In this document: in pieces, positions 10,293-21,626 of the stretch | Layout of the letters: each line of letters begins with the position of its first letter | How positions within the stretch are numbered: the stretch's first letter is position 1 | Assembly (NCBI GenBank): GCA_963835575.1 | Contig: CAWIGG010000002.1 | Location: 1,728,001 to 1,792,000, forward strand | Reading direction: 5' to 3' | DNA length: 64,000 bases | DNA from: an uncultured Spirochaetota bacterium | GTDB taxonomy: Bacteria; Spirochaetota; Brevinematia; Brevinematales; JAOACQ01 | Translations under genes and position numbers: made by a program | The notes under the pieces: model-generated | What the model was told of the DNA's origin: nothing | The model's input: only the letters and a program-made list of their open reading frames with translations | Database searches by the model: none

Positions 10293-12014
10293 CTAATTTT
10301 TCCCGTCCAGGATTTCCTGCTTCTTTTCCAGAAGATGGGCCGTGTTATTCAGGATCATTTCACAGCGGGCTTTGACTTCCGGCAAAGAGAATTCCAGGAA
10401 ATACTTAAGAACATCCTTCTTTCTTTCGGAATGGCTAGCGTCGCGGAGCATCAGATAAGCTATTGTTGTGGACATGACCATTTCCACCAGCCTTCTGGAA
10501 TGATAATCCTGATAGAGAGGGTCGTTTTTATCGCGGACATAGGCTATGGCTTTTTCCGTCAGGTCCTTTATCTCCCGGACCGGTTTTCTGAGATACTCAA
10601 GGCCGGAAAAATCAAATTTCTTATCATAAGTATTAAGTCTGTCCATCGCCACGCCTTTCACGATGCCGCCGATGGCCGCCACAACCTGGAGCTGTGTCGT
10701 GCCTTCATATATATTGGTGATCCTGGCGTCGCGGTAGTGCCTTTCGGCGTTGAATTCCTTCATAAACCCGGTCCCGCCGTGGATCTGAATGTTATCATAA
10801 GCCGCCTGGTTGGCCAGTTCCGTATTATAAAACTTCGCCATCGGTGTAAAGAGCGCCGCAAGCGCCGTGTATTTTTTCATCTCGTCCCGGAGCTCTTTCG
10901 CCTTTTCATCGCTATGCCCGCTCTGTTCTTCCAGGCCGTTTTTGATGTCGACGATCCGGGCCGTTTCATAGAGAAGCGTTCTTCCGGCCTCGATTTTTAC
11001 CCGCATATTGACCAGAATCTCGCTCACCGGGATCATATCGCGGATGGCTTTCTTGAATTGAACGCGGTCTTTTGCGTACTGGTCGGCTTCGGCATACGCT
11101 GCTTCGGCGATACCGAGCCCCTGTGCCGCGATGGCCAGACGCGCGCCGTTCATCAGCGACATCACGTATTTGATGAGGCCCATTCTTCTTTTGCCGCAGA
11201 GTTCCGCCCGCGCGTCATTGAACTGCAGTTCGCAGGTCGGGGAACCGTGAATACCGAGCTTGTTCTCGATACGGCGGATCTTCATATTCTTATCGCGTTC
11301 ATAGATAAACATCGAAAGGCCTCTGCCGTCAGTCGTGCCTTCCTCGCTCCGGGCCAATACAAGGGAAATCTGGCCGCAGCCGTTGGTAATAAAACGCTTC
11401 ACGCCTTTCAGGCGCCACTGTCCTTTTTCATCCTCATAAGCCTTGAGCATCACCGCCTGCAGGTCGCTTCCGGCGTCAGGCTCAGTCAGGGCCATCGAGC
11501 CCGTCACTTCGCCCGAACAGAAGCGGGGAAGATAACGCATCCTTTGATCTTCATCGCCGAAGAGATTGATCGTATCGGCAATGTCCTGAAGCCCGAATAA
11601 ATTCATCAGCGCCGCGTCTGCTCTTGATACCATCTCAGTCGCTATCGCATAAATAGTAACGGGACAGTTCAGCCCGCCGTATTTTCTCGGAAGGGTGAAG
11701 CCCATCATATCCGCTTTTTTCAGCACATCAAGGGCTTCTTCAGTACCTTTCGCGTATTGTACTTCGCCGTTCTCAAAATGAGCTCCCTCTTCATCCACCT
11801 TCGGAGCGCGGGGAGCGATGAAATCGCCGGCTATGCCGCCGATCACATCCAGTACTTTATCATAGGAATCGCGGGCGTCGTTGGTATTGACAGGGGCATA
11901 ATCAAACTTGCCTTTATCTGCGAAATAGTTTTCCTTGAGTTCAATTTCCCTGTCCAGGTCCATATGCTTCATATGAAACCGGATATCGTCATTTTCTTTA
12001 TAAAAATTCGGCAT
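10293..12014 (-). CDS. Acyl-CoA dehydrogenase (long, ETF-associated type)
   Basis: MALTEPDAGSDL, KLGIHGSPT, QIHGG.G, IYEGTTQLQ. Confidence 0.95.
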   Translation of the reverse strand: MPNFYKENDDIRFHMKHMDLDREIELKENYFADKGKFDYAPVNTNDARDSYDKVLDVIGGIAGDFIAPRAPKVDEEGAHFENGEVQYAKGTEEALDVLKKADMMGFTLPRKYGGLNCPVTIYAIATEMVSRADAALMNLFGLQDIADTINLFGDEDQRMRYLPRFCSGEVTGSMALTEPDAGSDLQAVMLKAYEDEKGQWRLKGVKRFITNGCGQISLVLARSEEGTTDGRGLSMFIYERDKNMKIRRIENKLGIHGSPTCELQFNDARAELCGKRRMGLIKYVMSLMNGARLAIAAQGLGIAEAAYAEADQYAKDRVQFKKAIRDMIPVSEILVNMRVKIEAGRTLLYETARIVDIKNGLEEQSGHSDEKAKELRDEMKKYTALAALFTPMAKFYNTELANQAAYDNIQIHGGTGFMKEFNAERHYRDARITNIYEGTTQLQVVAAIGGIVKGVAMDRLNTYDKKFDFSGLEYLRKPVREIKDLTEKAIAYVRDKNDPLYQDYHSRRLVEMVMSTTIAYLMLRDASHSERKKDVLKYFLEFSLPEVKARCEMILNNTAHLLEKKQEILDGKN

Positions 12015-12024
12015 TTTCCGCTCC

Positions 12025-13053
12025 TTATTTCATTAATGATTTATAAACTTCGATAAGCTTCGGAAGCACATCGTTCAAATCGCCGACAATCCCGTAATGC
12101 GCGATCTGAAATATCGGCGCGTTGGGATCGCTGTTGATGGCGATGATGCGGTTCGATTCCTTCATGCCGGCCATATGCTGGATTTGCCCCGAAATACCGA
12201 CCGCGATGTAGAGCTTCGGACGCACTGTTGTTCCCGTCTGGCCGACCTGATGATCCTTGCCGATAAAGCCCGCGTCCACGGCCGCGCGTGAACCGCCGAC
12301 CTGCGCACCGATTGTATGCGCCAGGTCATGGACCATTTTAAAATTATCCTTTGAGCCGACGCCCATGCCGCCTGAAACGATAATACCGGCGGATTTCAGA
12401 TCGACCGTTTTTTCGCGCTGAATTTTCTTGACGATTTCCGTGATGAACAAATCTTTTGAAAGATCAATTTTCGCTTCGATCACTTCGCCTTTCCGCGCTT
12501 TATCCGGAGAATTCATTTTCATCACGCCTTCGCGGACCGTGGCCATCTGCGGCCTGTGGTCGGGGCTGACAATCGTCGCGATGATATTGCCTCCGAAAGC
12601 GGGGCGTATTTGATAGAGAATATCCTTATAGAGAACATCTCCTTCTTTTGAAGAAGGCTTTGTGTAATCGCCGATCTGCAGGTTCGTGCAGTCCGCTGTC
12701 AGGCCCACTCTTAACTCCGAAGCGATGCGCGGCGCGATGTCCCTTCCTGTCGTTGACGCACCGTAAAGGACAATCTGCGGCTGGTGTTCCGTGACCAGGT
12801 TCACAACAATATGCGCGTACGGCAGCGTCAGATAATTCTTGAGCACAGGCATATCAACCATGTAAACCTTATCGGCGCCGTATTGGATAAGCGTGTCCGT
12901 TAATCCCTTCACATTATCCCCGATCAGAATGGCACCGGTTTTTACCTTGAGCTTGCGGGCAAGTTCGCTGCCTTTACCCAGGAGCTCCAGGCTTACTTCG
13001 GCTATTTTTCCGTTGTTCTGTTCTATATAAACCCAAACTTCATTCGTTTTCAT
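12025..13053 (-). CDS. etfA: Electron transfer flavoprotein alpha subunit
   Basis: [39 protein letters not shown]. Confidence 0.96.
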   Translation of the reverse strand: MKTNEVWVYIEQNNGKIAEVSLELLGKGSELARKLKVKTGAILIGDNVKGLTDTLIQYGADKVYMVDMPVLKNYLTLPYAHIVVNLVTEHQPQIVLYGASTTGRDIAPRIASELRVGLTADCTNLQIGDYTKPSSKEGDVLYKDILYQIRPAFGGNIIATIVSPDHRPQMATVREGVMKMNSPDKARKGEVIEAKIDLSKDLFITEIVKKIQREKTVDLKSAGIIVSGGMGVGSKDNFKMVHDLAHTIGAQVGGSRAAVDAGFIGKDHQVGQTGTTVRPKLYIAVGISGQIQHMAGMKESNRIIAINSDPNAPIFQIAHYGIVGDLNDVLPKLIEVYKSLMK

Positions 13054-13065
13054 ATCTATACCTCA

Positions 13066-13938
13066 TCAACCTAATATATGTTCTTTCATGAGTTCGCCGA
13101 TCAGACTTTCCAGGCCGGGCTTTGTGTTTTCGATCTTCTTGAATTCCTGCGCGCCCAGAACAACACTTTCGATCTGCTTGACCTTTGTGGGAGAACCGGG
13201 AAGCCCGCACTGCTCGGGACTCGCGCCGATCTCTTTATGGTCCCAGAGTTTGATGACCGCATGAGAATCGCTGATTTCATTATTATTGATATATGCCTCG
13301 TCAAGATTATCCAGTTCCATCGGGGTCATCGCATGTTTATAAGCGAGGAGTTTTTTCGCCGAGGGCGGCCTGGGAGTATTGGCCTCATTTGTGATTGTCA
13401 GTAAAACGGGAAGCTTTGACCTGACAACTTCATATCCGCCTTCGATCGCCCGTTCCACTGTAATGGAATCTTTTTTAATCTCAGTTATTTTGTTGACGCA
13501 TGAGAGTTGATTCATCTTCAGTTTTTCAGCTGTCTGGGGACCGACCTGGGCCGTATCCCCGTCGATAGCCTGCCTGCCGCAGAGGACCAGGTCAATCTTG
13601 CCCAGCTTTTTAACCGCAAGGGCCAGAACATAAGAAGTCGCCAGGGTATCGGCACCCGCGAACGCGCGGTCAGTTATAAGAATAACATCATCGGCACCGC
13701 GGAATAACGAATCACGCAGGACCTGGGCCGCGTTGGGCGGTCCCATTGTGATGACGGTCACTTTTGCCCCCTGGCTTTCCTTGATCTTGATCGCTTCTTC
13801 CAATGCATTCAAATCCTCAGGATTGAAAATGGCGGGGAGGGCCTGGCGGTTCACTGTCCCGTCGTCCTTCATCGCCTTTCCCGTGATATTATGCGTATCG
13901 GGCACTTGTTTTACTAAAACAGCAATGTTATAACTCAC
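13066..13938 (-). CDS. etfB: Electron transfer flavoprotein beta subunit
   Basis: KQVPDT, NPEDLNALE, GADTLAT, GRQAIDGDTAQVGP. Confidence 0.96.
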   Translation of the reverse strand: MSYNIAVLVKQVPDTHNITGKAMKDDGTVNRQALPAIFNPEDLNALEEAIKIKESQGAKVTVITMGPPNAAQVLRDSLFRGADDVILITDRAFAGADTLATSYVLALAVKKLGKIDLVLCGRQAIDGDTAQVGPQTAEKLKMNQLSCVNKITEIKKDSITVERAIEGGYEVVRSKLPVLLTITNEANTPRPPSAKKLLAYKHAMTPMELDNLDEAYINNNEISDSHAVIKLWDHKEIGASPEQCGLPGSPTKVKQIESVVLGAQEFKKIENTKPGLESLIGELMKEHILG

Positions 13939-14003
13939 GCATATCCTCCTCTATTTATAATTATAAAAAAATATAGAGACGCTATGCGTCTCTATAATAA
14001 AAA

Positions 14004-15023
14004 TTACATATTACACATGGCTGATTTCACGCTTTGCAGTTCCTTTTCAGTATCATCAACCAATTCCTGGATCATTTCCCTCATCGGCTGTATCTTTTCC
14101 ACCAGACCGACACTCTGTCCTGCCATCAGCGAACCGTTTTCAATATCGCCGTCAACCACTCCTTTTCGGAGGCCGCCGACCCAGTAACGCTCTACTTCAA
14201 ACTGGGCTTCCTCGCGTGTGATTTCGCCCTTTTCAAGTTTTTTCAAAAGCTCAAGCTGAAGCTTCCCGAAATTTTCCGTTCCCTTATTTTTTAAAGCCCG
14301 GACGGCCACAACCGGAAGTCTGGAATCATATTGAGGGGTTGATATCGCATGGCGGGCTTTAGCTTTGATAAAAACTTCCTTGAATTTAGGATGCGCCGTG
14401 CATTCCTCGCTTACCACAAAACGCGTTCCCAGCTGCACGCCGGAAGCGCCCATCAATAGCATATGCGCTATCATTTTGCCGGTGCCTATACCGCCGGCTA
14501 TAAAAACCGGTACTTCAGTCGTATGAAAGAGTATCTGCTGAAGCAGGATCATTGTCGATACATAACCGATATGCCCGCCGGCCTCGCTTCCTTCCAGGAT
14601 CAGGGCATCGATGCCGAACCGGATCATCTGGTCGGAAATCTGGCCGCTGGAAGCGAAGGCCATTGTTCTTTTACCTTTCGGCTTCATTCCGTCCACATCA
14701 TGTTTTTTAGGGAAATTACCAGCGAATATCACTATCGGAACATTTTTACTCTGAACGATTTCATACTGTTTTTTATAATTAGGGGCTATGGTTATCATAT
14801 TGACGGCAAAAGGCGTCTTTAAATTCTGTACGCATTTATCAATTTCTTTTTCAAACAGATCGGGGTCCATATTTCCGCCCGCCAGAACAGGAAAAGCGCC
14901 GTTATCGCTGACGGCTTTGGCAAGCTCAAAATTACTGATCCAGGTCATCGCTCCCGCCATAATGGGATACCTGACGCCCAGAAATTCCTGGCCTCTTTTC
15001 CAGAACTTATCAACCAATCTCAT
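14004..15023 (-). CDS. Nitronate monooxygenase / FabK-like FMN oxidoreductase
   Basis: EGSEAGGH, AGGIG, GASGVQLGTRF, MAGQSVGL. Confidence 0.88.
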   Translation of the reverse strand: MRLVDKFWKRGQEFLGVRYPIMAGAMTWISNFELAKAVSDNGAFPVLAGGNMDPDLFEKEIDKCVQNLKTPFAVNMITIAPNYKKQYEIVQSKNVPIVIFAGNFPKKHDVDGMKPKGKRTMAFASSGQISDQMIRFGIDALILEGSEAGGHIGYVSTMILLQQILFHTTEVPVFIAGGIGTGKMIAHMLLMGASGVQLGTRFVVSEECTAHPKFKEVFIKAKARHAISTPQYDSRLPVVAVRALKNKGTENFGKLQLELLKKLEKGEITREEAQFEVERYWVGGLRKGVVDGDIENGSLMAGQSVGLVEKIQPMREMIQELVDDTEKELQSVKSAMCNM

Positions 15024-15235
15024 TTCGTTTCTCCGAAAAATTAATTACAAACAAAACCCGGCTTTCAGGCGCATGATTTAACTCATCCGTTTTTTTGAAT
15101 CATGATTTTATAAAACAATACCGTTTTTGTCAATTTAATTCCCGGCAATTTATAACTTGAGTACAGCCATATATTTGACATATTCCACACTTTTTTCTAT
15201 AATTAATATCGCCTGATTATCTAAGGGAGGAATAA

Positions 15236-15460
15236 ATGCCTTTGCAGATTGATAAAATCCTGTCATTTCATGGCAATAAGTATGAAATAGCTAGCGCCAT
15301 GTCCAAGTACGCGCGCTATCTCTCTCAGAAAAACGATGAAGACCTCGAAATACCCATTAATAGAACCCAGAAGGAAAAAGTAACCATCAGCGCCATTAAT
15401 GATATATTGAACGAAAAAGTCACCTATCAGGTTGATATTCTTCCAGATGATAAACAATAA
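15236..15460 (+). CDS. rpoZ: RNA polymerase omega subunit
   Basis: 74 aa, GNKYE..AMSKYAR.L and K...AINDIL motifs, strong RBS. Confidence 0.72.
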   Translation: MPLQIDKILSFHGNKYEIASAMSKYARYLSQKNDEDLEIPINRTQKEKVTISAINDILNEKVTYQVDILPDDKQ

Positions 15461-15462
15461 AT

Positions 15463-17228
15463 GGCCCTACTGCAAAAACAATCCTACCGATTCATGTACA
15501 AAAGTTGCATAACTCGTTATAATATATGCACATGAATCAGAGAGAGGTCAAAATGTTCAAGCTGAATCAGAGACATATAGAACAGGATTTATATCCGGTA
15601 AGATATGAAATGAACCAGGAAATGAGAGAAAGTTTAAATGAAAGCTGGGCCGGGCTTTTTTACCAGAAAGTTTTCTCAAAAATAAATGAGCGGAAGTTTG
15701 CTCCACTATATGACCCAAAACTTGGTAGGAGTAATTTCCCGGTCAACATATTAGCCGGGCTGGAAATCATGAAAGAGCTATTCTCTCTGACCGATGAACA
15801 GTTGTTTGAGCGGTATCGATATGATTTATCGTTTCGATACGCGCTGGGATTGGAAGACATCAACGCGCAGCAGATGTCGATCAGGACGTTATACTATTTT
15901 CGTGCCGCTGTGGCGGAGAATCAGGACGGGCTTTTTGACGTTATATTTGATGAGTTTCGGGATCTTTTAATTGGAGAGGTCGGGATCAAAACCGGACTGC
16001 AGAGGACAGATTCTGTAATGATTGGGGCCAATATCAAGCGGCTGAATCGGGTTATGCTGTTTCATAAAGTGTTGTCCAATATGGCGGAAGATGTTTCCAA
16101 TGCTGGATTTTCCTTAAGTGAAAGATGTAAGGATTTTCTAAAACAAAATGAGGACGGATTCAGTTATCGACTGAAAAAGGAGAATTACGAATCGAAAACG
16201 GTGGAAATTGGCGAGGAAATATTCGGGCTGATTACAGAGAACGTGTTTCACAATAAAGTCAGGAAACAAAAGAGTTTCCGGCAGGCAATGAGACTTTTGC
16301 GGGAACAATGCCGGATAGAAAAAGAAGGCAAGGTGACGCTGAAGCTGCCGCGGGAAATCAAAGCCTCATCGATGCAGTCGCCGGTGGACGAAGACGCGAC
16401 CTACCGGGAGAAGCGGGGAAAACAGTATGTCGGGTATAAGGTGAACGCGGTTGAAACCTGTGACCCTCAAAATCCGATGCAGGTGATTACCAGCATAGAA
16501 ACCGCATCGAATAATGCTGACGATGGGGATTTATTCCGCAGGCAACTATCTAATTTAAAAAAGGAAACGAATATTGAAACAGCGATAAGCGATGGCGGTT
16601 ATAATTCTGAAGACCTTCGGAATGAGAGCGGCGAAGACGTTCAACTGGTAATGAGCGCGATACGCGGCGTCGATCTGGAAGGGATAAAAAACAAAGCGAA
16701 ACTTTCTGAGTATACAGACCCAAAAACCGGCAAATATGGGATGTGTCCGGCGGGAGAAATCCCGAATAGCATTATTGAAAATGAAGATGGTTCCGTGGTA
16801 TTGAATTTTGATGTAAAAAAATGTGCCGCCTGCGATAAGAAAGAAAATTGTCTGGCCTGTGTCGGCAAGAAGCAAAGTCGGCTGGTAATAGACGCCAAAA
16901 GGGAATGGATGGATGAATTTTTGGAATTGATATGTATGGATGCAGGAAAATTTCTGATGGGACTACGCCCTGCCGTAGAAGGATTGATGAGTTTATTGAA
17001 ACCAAAGTATTTGAGCGGCAGGATTTTGTTCCGTGGTCTGGTAAAAGTCAAAACCCGCATGCTTTTAAGGGGAATCGGGATTAATTTCAAGAGATATCGG
17101 GGCTATTTGGCTGATAAATCGAAGGCTGCCGCCGACATGGCCTTTGATTTCTTAATCTTTTTCCTTGTGCGGTTGAAAATTTGCCGGAATATCCCCTATG
17201 CTTGTGTTTGAATTTTTTCAGCAGGGCC
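15463..17228 (+). mobile_element. Insertion sequence (IS5/IS1182-like DDE family)
   Basis: IRs GGCCCTACTGCAAAAA / TTTTTTCAGCAGGGCC. 6-bp TSD ATAAAT at 15457-15462 and 17229-17234. Confidence 0.9.
15526..17211 (+). CDS. DDE transposase
   Basis: GR.NFP, LTDEQL, RTDS, SPVDEDATYR.K, GYK, DGGY, C-terminal Zn motif, RPAVEG. Confidence 0.9.
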   Translation: MHMNQREVKMFKLNQRHIEQDLYPVRYEMNQEMRESLNESWAGLFYQKVFSKINERKFAPLYDPKLGRSNFPVNILAGLEIMKELFSLTDEQLFERYRYDLSFRYALGLEDINAQQMSIRTLYYFRAAVAENQDGLFDVIFDEFRDLLIGEVGIKTGLQRTDSVMIGANIKRLNRVMLFHKVLSNMAEDVSNAGFSLSERCKDFLKQNEDGFSYRLKKENYESKTVEIGEEIFGLITENVFHNKVRKQKSFRQAMRLLREQCRIEKEGKVTLKLPREIKASSMQSPVDEDATYREKRGKQYVGYKVNAVETCDPQNPMQVITSIETASNNADDGDLFRRQLSNLKKETNIETAISDGGYNSEDLRNESGEDVQLVMSAIRGVDLEGIKNKAKLSEYTDPKTGKYGMCPAGEIPNSIIENEDGSVVLNFDVKKCAACDKKENCLACVGKKQSRLVIDAKREWMDEFLELICMDAGKFLMGLRPAVEGLMSLLKPKYLSGRILFRGLVKVKTRMLLRGIGINFKRYRGYLADKSKAAADMAFDFLIFFLVRLKICRNIPYACV

Positions 17229-17242
17229 ATAAATTATATAAA

Positions 17243-17270
17243 GGCGGCGTGTATTAACGCCGCTTTTTTT
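17243..17270 (+). terminator. Rho-independent terminator (originally of rpoZ)
   Basis: GCGGCGT..ACGCCGC stem followed by T7, just past the right TSD. Confidence 0.8.
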
Positions 17271-17459
17271 ATCATATCAAGGCAGTTCCAAAAACCAGCT
17301 TTATTGGCGCTTCCGTAATCATAAACAAAATTATTTTCCATTATAATATATAATCAAGTGCGTCATAATTACACGTGTAGGTCATATAAGTCCATTTGTT
17401 CTTGACAAACATTTTGTGAATTATTATATTTTATTGAAATGTTATAATGGAGAGTTAAT

Positions 17460-20054
17460 ATGAACCTGAATAAAGCGACAGTCAAAGCAAGAGAAGCTCT
17501 TGAAAAATCGGGAGCGCTTGCCAATTCTCTCAATCATCAAAGCGTTGATGTCGAGCATCTTTTTCTGGCTCTTCTGGAACAGGAAGAAGGGCTTATTAAG
17601 CCGATACTGCAGAATATTGAAATCAATTTATCAAAACTGACTTCGCTTCTCAATGACAGAATACAAACAAAGCCGAAAATCTACGGCGTCGGCCAGACAT
17701 TTATGTCCAGAGAGCTTAATGAGGCGCTTGAAAACGCGGCCAAGGAAGCTTCCCGCCTTCATGACGAATATATCAGCACGGAGCATCTGCTCCTGGGAAT
17801 ACTGGATACCAGCGACCAATCTCTCCAGGAGTTATACAGACAGGTTAATCTGAATTATGACAGTGTCCTGCTTGCAATAAAGAATCTGAGGGGCACCCAG
17901 AGGGTAACTGATGAAAGCCCCGAAGCAAAATACAATGCCCTGGCCAAGTACAGCCGGGACCTCACTGAAATGGCGCGCCAGGGGAAGCTGGATCCGGTCA
18001 TCGGAAGGGATATGGAAATCCGCCGCGCCATGCAGGTCCTCTCAAGGCGAACAAAAAATAATCCCGTACTGATCGGCGAAGCTGGCGTCGGCAAAACCGC
18101 CATTGTTGAAGGGATAGCCCGCCGCATCTCTTCAGGCGACGTGCCGGAAAGCCTTAAGAATAAAAGAATCCTGACACTCGATCTGGGATTGATGATAGCC
18201 GGGACAAAATTCCGCGGTGAATTTGAGGAACGCCTCAAAGCTCTTCTTAAAGAAGTGACAGACTCAAACGGAGAGGCCATACTTTTTATTGACGAGCTTC
18301 ATACGGTTGTCGGGGCTGGAAATGCCGAAGGCGCTGTTGACGCGGGAAATATGTTGAAGCCGGCCCTGGCGCGCGGCGATATCAAGATGATCGGCGCGAC
18401 GACCATAGATGAATACAGGCGTTATATTGAAAAAGATAAAGCTCTGGAGAGACGTTTCCAGCCTGTTAACGTAAATGAGCCTTCTGTTGAAGACACCATC
18501 GCTATTTTAAGGGGCCTCAAAGAAAAATACGAAGCCCATCATGGCATCCGCATCGCGGATTCCGCGCTAATAGCAGCGACTAAATTTTCAGTGCGGTATA
18601 TAACGGAAAGGCGCCTGCCAGATAAGGCTATCGATCTGGTTGATGAAGCGGGTTCAAAAATACGGCTTGAGATTGAAAGCCAGCCGCAGCAGCTGGATGA
18701 CCTGGACAGGAAAGTTATGCGTTTGACTATAGAAAAGCAGGCTCTATCCAAGGAAAATGATAAAGAGAGCAAGGAAAGGCTTGGCCATCTTGATGAAGAA
18801 TTATCCGAACTGCAGGAAAAGTCAAAGACCCTTAAAGCAAGATGGGACAATGAAAAAAGCATTATCAGGCGTATTAAGGAAATCACACAGGAAATAGACC
18901 GCCTGCATCAGGAAGAGGAGCAGATGGAAAGAAGCGGTAATTTGAATAAAGTCGCGGAGATCCGTTACGGCCTGATCCCCAATAATGAAAAAGAACTGAA
19001 AGAACTGCAGACCAAGCTTCGGGATAAACAGGGCAATACTCCGCTTCTCAGGGAAGAAATAACGGAAGAGGATATAGCAAGGACTGTTTCAGATTGGACC
19101 GGCATACCTGTGGCAAGAATGCTCGAGTCGGAAAAACAAAAGCTCATACACCTGGAGGAAGTCCTTAAAAAACGCGTGGTCGGCCAGGAAAAAGCCATCA
19201 CTTCCGTGTCAAATGCCGTACGGCGCTCAAGGGCCGGCGTTCAGGAAGAAAACAGGCCTATCGGCAGTTTTATGTTCCTCGGCCCGACAGGCGTGGGGAA
19301 AACAGAGCTTTCAAAGGCATTGGCCGAATTTCTTTTTGATACGGAAAAAGCCCTCGTGCGGATGGATATGAGCGAATATATGGAGAAATTCAGCGTACAG
19401 AGGCTTATCGGAGCTCCTCCCGGATATGTCGGTTATGAAGAGGGCGGCCAGCTGACCGAAATTGTCAGAAGAAGGCCGTATACAGTCATCCTTTTTGATG
19501 AAATAGAAAAAGCTCATCCGGATGTCTTTAATATCCTCCTGCAGATTATGGATGACGGCCGGCTGACCGACGGGCAGGGACGCACAGTCAATTTCACAAA
19601 TACGATCATCATCATGACATCAAACATCGGCTCCAACGAACTGAAAATAAAAGGTTTCACAGATGAAAGGAATAAAAGCGGCGAAAATAAGGTTGAGGAA
19701 AAAGTAATGGGACTTTTAAAGTCCCAGTTCCGGCCTGAATTTCTCAATAGAATTGACGAGATCATAACTTTTAACAGCCTTTCTGAAACCGATATCCTTC
19801 AGATTGTAGATATTCAGCTATCCTATGTCCAGAAAAGAATCGAAGCGGGTAAAATGAAATTTTCCATCACTCCCGCTGCCAAAAAACTTCTCGCGGAGCT
19901 TGGTTATGATGAGAATTTCGGGGCCCGTCCGCTAAAAAGAGCCATTCAAAAGAAAATCCTTGATAAGCTGTCTCTTGAAATATTATCAGGGAAATATTCT
20001 GAAGGAAGCATAATCAAAGCGAGTGAAAAGAATGGGCAGATAGTATTAGAATAA
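17460..20054 (+). CDS. clpB: ATP-dependent chaperone ClpB
   Basis: Two AAA+ domains ([16 protein letters not shown]), long M-domain coiled coil, [13 protein letters not shown]. Confidence 0.97.
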   Translation: MNLNKATVKAREALEKSGALANSLNHQSVDVEHLFLALLEQEEGLIKPILQNIEINLSKLTSLLNDRIQTKPKIYGVGQTFMSRELNEALENAAKEASRLHDEYISTEHLLLGILDTSDQSLQELYRQVNLNYDSVLLAIKNLRGTQRVTDESPEAKYNALAKYSRDLTEMARQGKLDPVIGRDMEIRRAMQVLSRRTKNNPVLIGEAGVGKTAIVEGIARRISSGDVPESLKNKRILTLDLGLMIAGTKFRGEFEERLKALLKEVTDSNGEAILFIDELHTVVGAGNAEGAVDAGNMLKPALARGDIKMIGATTIDEYRRYIEKDKALERRFQPVNVNEPSVEDTIAILRGLKEKYEAHHGIRIADSALIAATKFSVRYITERRLPDKAIDLVDEAGSKIRLEIESQPQQLDDLDRKVMRLTIEKQALSKENDKESKERLGHLDEELSELQEKSKTLKARWDNEKSIIRRIKEITQEIDRLHQEEEQMERSGNLNKVAEIRYGLIPNNEKELKELQTKLRDKQGNTPLLREEITEEDIARTVSDWTGIPVARMLESEKQKLIHLEEVLKKRVVGQEKAITSVSNAVRRSRAGVQEENRPIGSFMFLGPTGVGKTELSKALAEFLFDTEKALVRMDMSEYMEKFSVQRLIGAPPGYVGYEEGGQLTEIVRRRPYTVILFDEIEKAHPDVFNILLQIMDDGRLTDGQGRTVNFTNTIIIMTSNIGSNELKIKGFTDERNKSGENKVEEKVMGLLKSQFRPEFLNRIDEIITFNSLSETDILQIVDIQLSYVQKRIEAGKMKFSITPAAKKLLAELGYDENFGARPLKRAIQKKILDKLSLEILSGKYSEGSIIKASEKNGQIVLE

Positions 20055-20061
20055 TAAAAAC

Positions 20062-20095
20062 AAAAAGGCGGCAACATGAATTACCGCCTTTTTTT
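20062..20095. terminator. Bidirectional terminator between convergent genes
   Basis: AAAAAGGCGG..CCGCCTTTTTTT. Confidence 0.8.
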
Positions 20096-20107
20096 ATAAT
20101 TATTATG

Positions 20108-20809
20108 CTATTTATTTGTAGCGGGAGGCAGTGTCAGAATTTGGTTGTTCTGCTGCTGCAGTGAAATTCCTTCCTGCTGAAGGAGATCATTATTTCTTAG
20201 TACTTTGAAGTTTTCTTTCATCTGAGCTACAAAACCCTGCACCCATAACTGCATCTTTTGCTGAGACAATTCCTGCGTCGCATACTGTTTAATCTGGTCC
20301 GTTTTTAATCCCATTCTGTCGAACTGCGCTTTATTTTTCAAATAATAGTCATCAATCTCAATTTTTGAAGGATAAAAAGCGCTTTTATCAGCCGGCAGGT
20401 TCTTTGAAATGTAAATTTGATATACTGCCTGTCTGATAGCGGTTTTTAAGAGAAGCTGACCTTCTTTTGATTTAGCCAGACCTTCATTCAGCGCCTTGAT
20501 GGTTATGATATACTGGCTGAGAAGGTTATCAAAATACAGCTTCTTTGTATCAGGCGGCAAATTTGCCCTCTGAGCCTCAGGAATCTGATTCAGGAAATAC
20601 TTAAATCCTTCTTCATATTCTGATTTTGTAATAACATAATCGTCAATTTTTATAAGCCAATCAGAGCCTGATTTCGGAGGGTAAAGACTGACACTGTCAG
20701 CGCCGGTTGAGCCGCCTTTAAGAATAAAAACCAGCCCTCCTCCTATCACAATACCGACGATAAACGAGATTACTAAAAACATCCATAGATTTAATTTCTT
20801 TTCATCCAT
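20108..20809 (-). CDS. Membrane-anchored protein, SurA/PrsA N-terminal-like
   Basis: Single N-terminal TM helix; KIDDYVITKSE, KALNEGL and EIDDYYLKNKAQF resemble a chaperone N-domain. Confidence 0.55.
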   Translation of the reverse strand: MDEKKLNLWMFLVISFIVGIVIGGGLVFILKGGSTGADSVSLYPPKSGSDWLIKIDDYVITKSEYEEGFKYFLNQIPEAQRANLPPDTKKLYFDNLLSQYIITIKALNEGLAKSKEGQLLLKTAIRQAVYQIYISKNLPADKSAFYPSKIEIDDYYLKNKAQFDRMGLKTDQIKQYATQELSQQKMQLWVQGFVAQMKENFKVLRNNDLLQQEGISLQQQNNQILTLPPATNK

Positions 20810-20932
20810 TTTCTTACTCCATATTTAAAAATATCAAATACTTTAGCATTTATTTATCAAAAAATCAAGTTTTTTGTCTATTTTACGATATTATTGTATA
20901 ATACATCCTTGGATAATTAGAAGGAGCCCCGA

Positions 20933-21433
20933 ATGCGTAAATTGTTCTGCTTTTTCCTTATTACTTTCTTATTACTTACATTTCTTATAACCCCTTTTTT
21001 CAGTGAAAGCCGTAAATATTCATATGATTATTCAAATCCTCAATCCATTGTCAATTCCGCCTGTTTGATGCTCATGTATGCCGATTATCCGGAAATGCTG
21101 AATTTAACGGAAATGATGGAGAAGAAAAGGACATTAGCTACAATAGAAGAAACAACAAATGCCAAAATCAAGGAATTACTGATAAAAGAATCTGAAAAAA
21201 TCATCAAATTCGAAATAATCGGAACTGAAGATTTTACAAACAATAGTACCAATCAGCTTATGGTAATAACAGTTAAATGGGCTATGAAGATTGATCCTTC
21301 CCGTTATGTTGAGAATAATCCGCGTAAAGCTATTGACCTCAAGGAATCTAAATCAGAATCTGTGATATATACAGATTATCTGCTGAAAAAATTTGAAGAC
21401 AAATGGAAAATCATATCCAAGAAATCAAAGTAA
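20933..21433 (+). CDS. Exported hypothetical protein
   Basis: Signal-peptide-like N-terminus, RBS AAGGAG. Confidence 0.75.
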   Translation: MRKLFCFFLITFLLLTFLITPFFSESRKYSYDYSNPQSIVNSACLMLMYADYPEMLNLTEMMEKKRTLATIEETTNAKIKELLIKESEKIIKFEIIGTEDFTNNSTNQLMVITVKWAMKIDPSRYVENNPRKAIDLKESKSESVIYTDYLLKKFEDKWKIISKKSK

Positions 21434-21626
21434 ATTTAATTAGTGCTTGAATGGAAATTCAAAATTTACTACAGAGACCATACTTCGATAAACTCAGTAT
21501 AAACGCCGAACACTGAGGTTTTATTAAATTAAAGTGGAAAATTATTTAATAAATTATTTGAAGAATTATCGTAAAATTGTATTATTAAATAATTAAAAGT
21601 TCATAATATAAAACTCCGTGTTCTCA

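Noticed and set aside
10221..11600. 459-aa plus-strand ORF
   Set aside because: Antisense shadow of the acyl-CoA dehydrogenase.
17281..17297. GGCAGTTCCAAAAACCA, with an inverted near-copy at about 53718-53735
   Set aside because: Only two short copies; possibly solo IS ends, but too little to support a call.
17360..17400. CtsR or CIRCE heat-shock operator before clpB
   Set aside because: GGTCATA/AGTCCAT has the wrong spacing and mismatches; no TTAGCACTC-N9-GAGTGCTAA.
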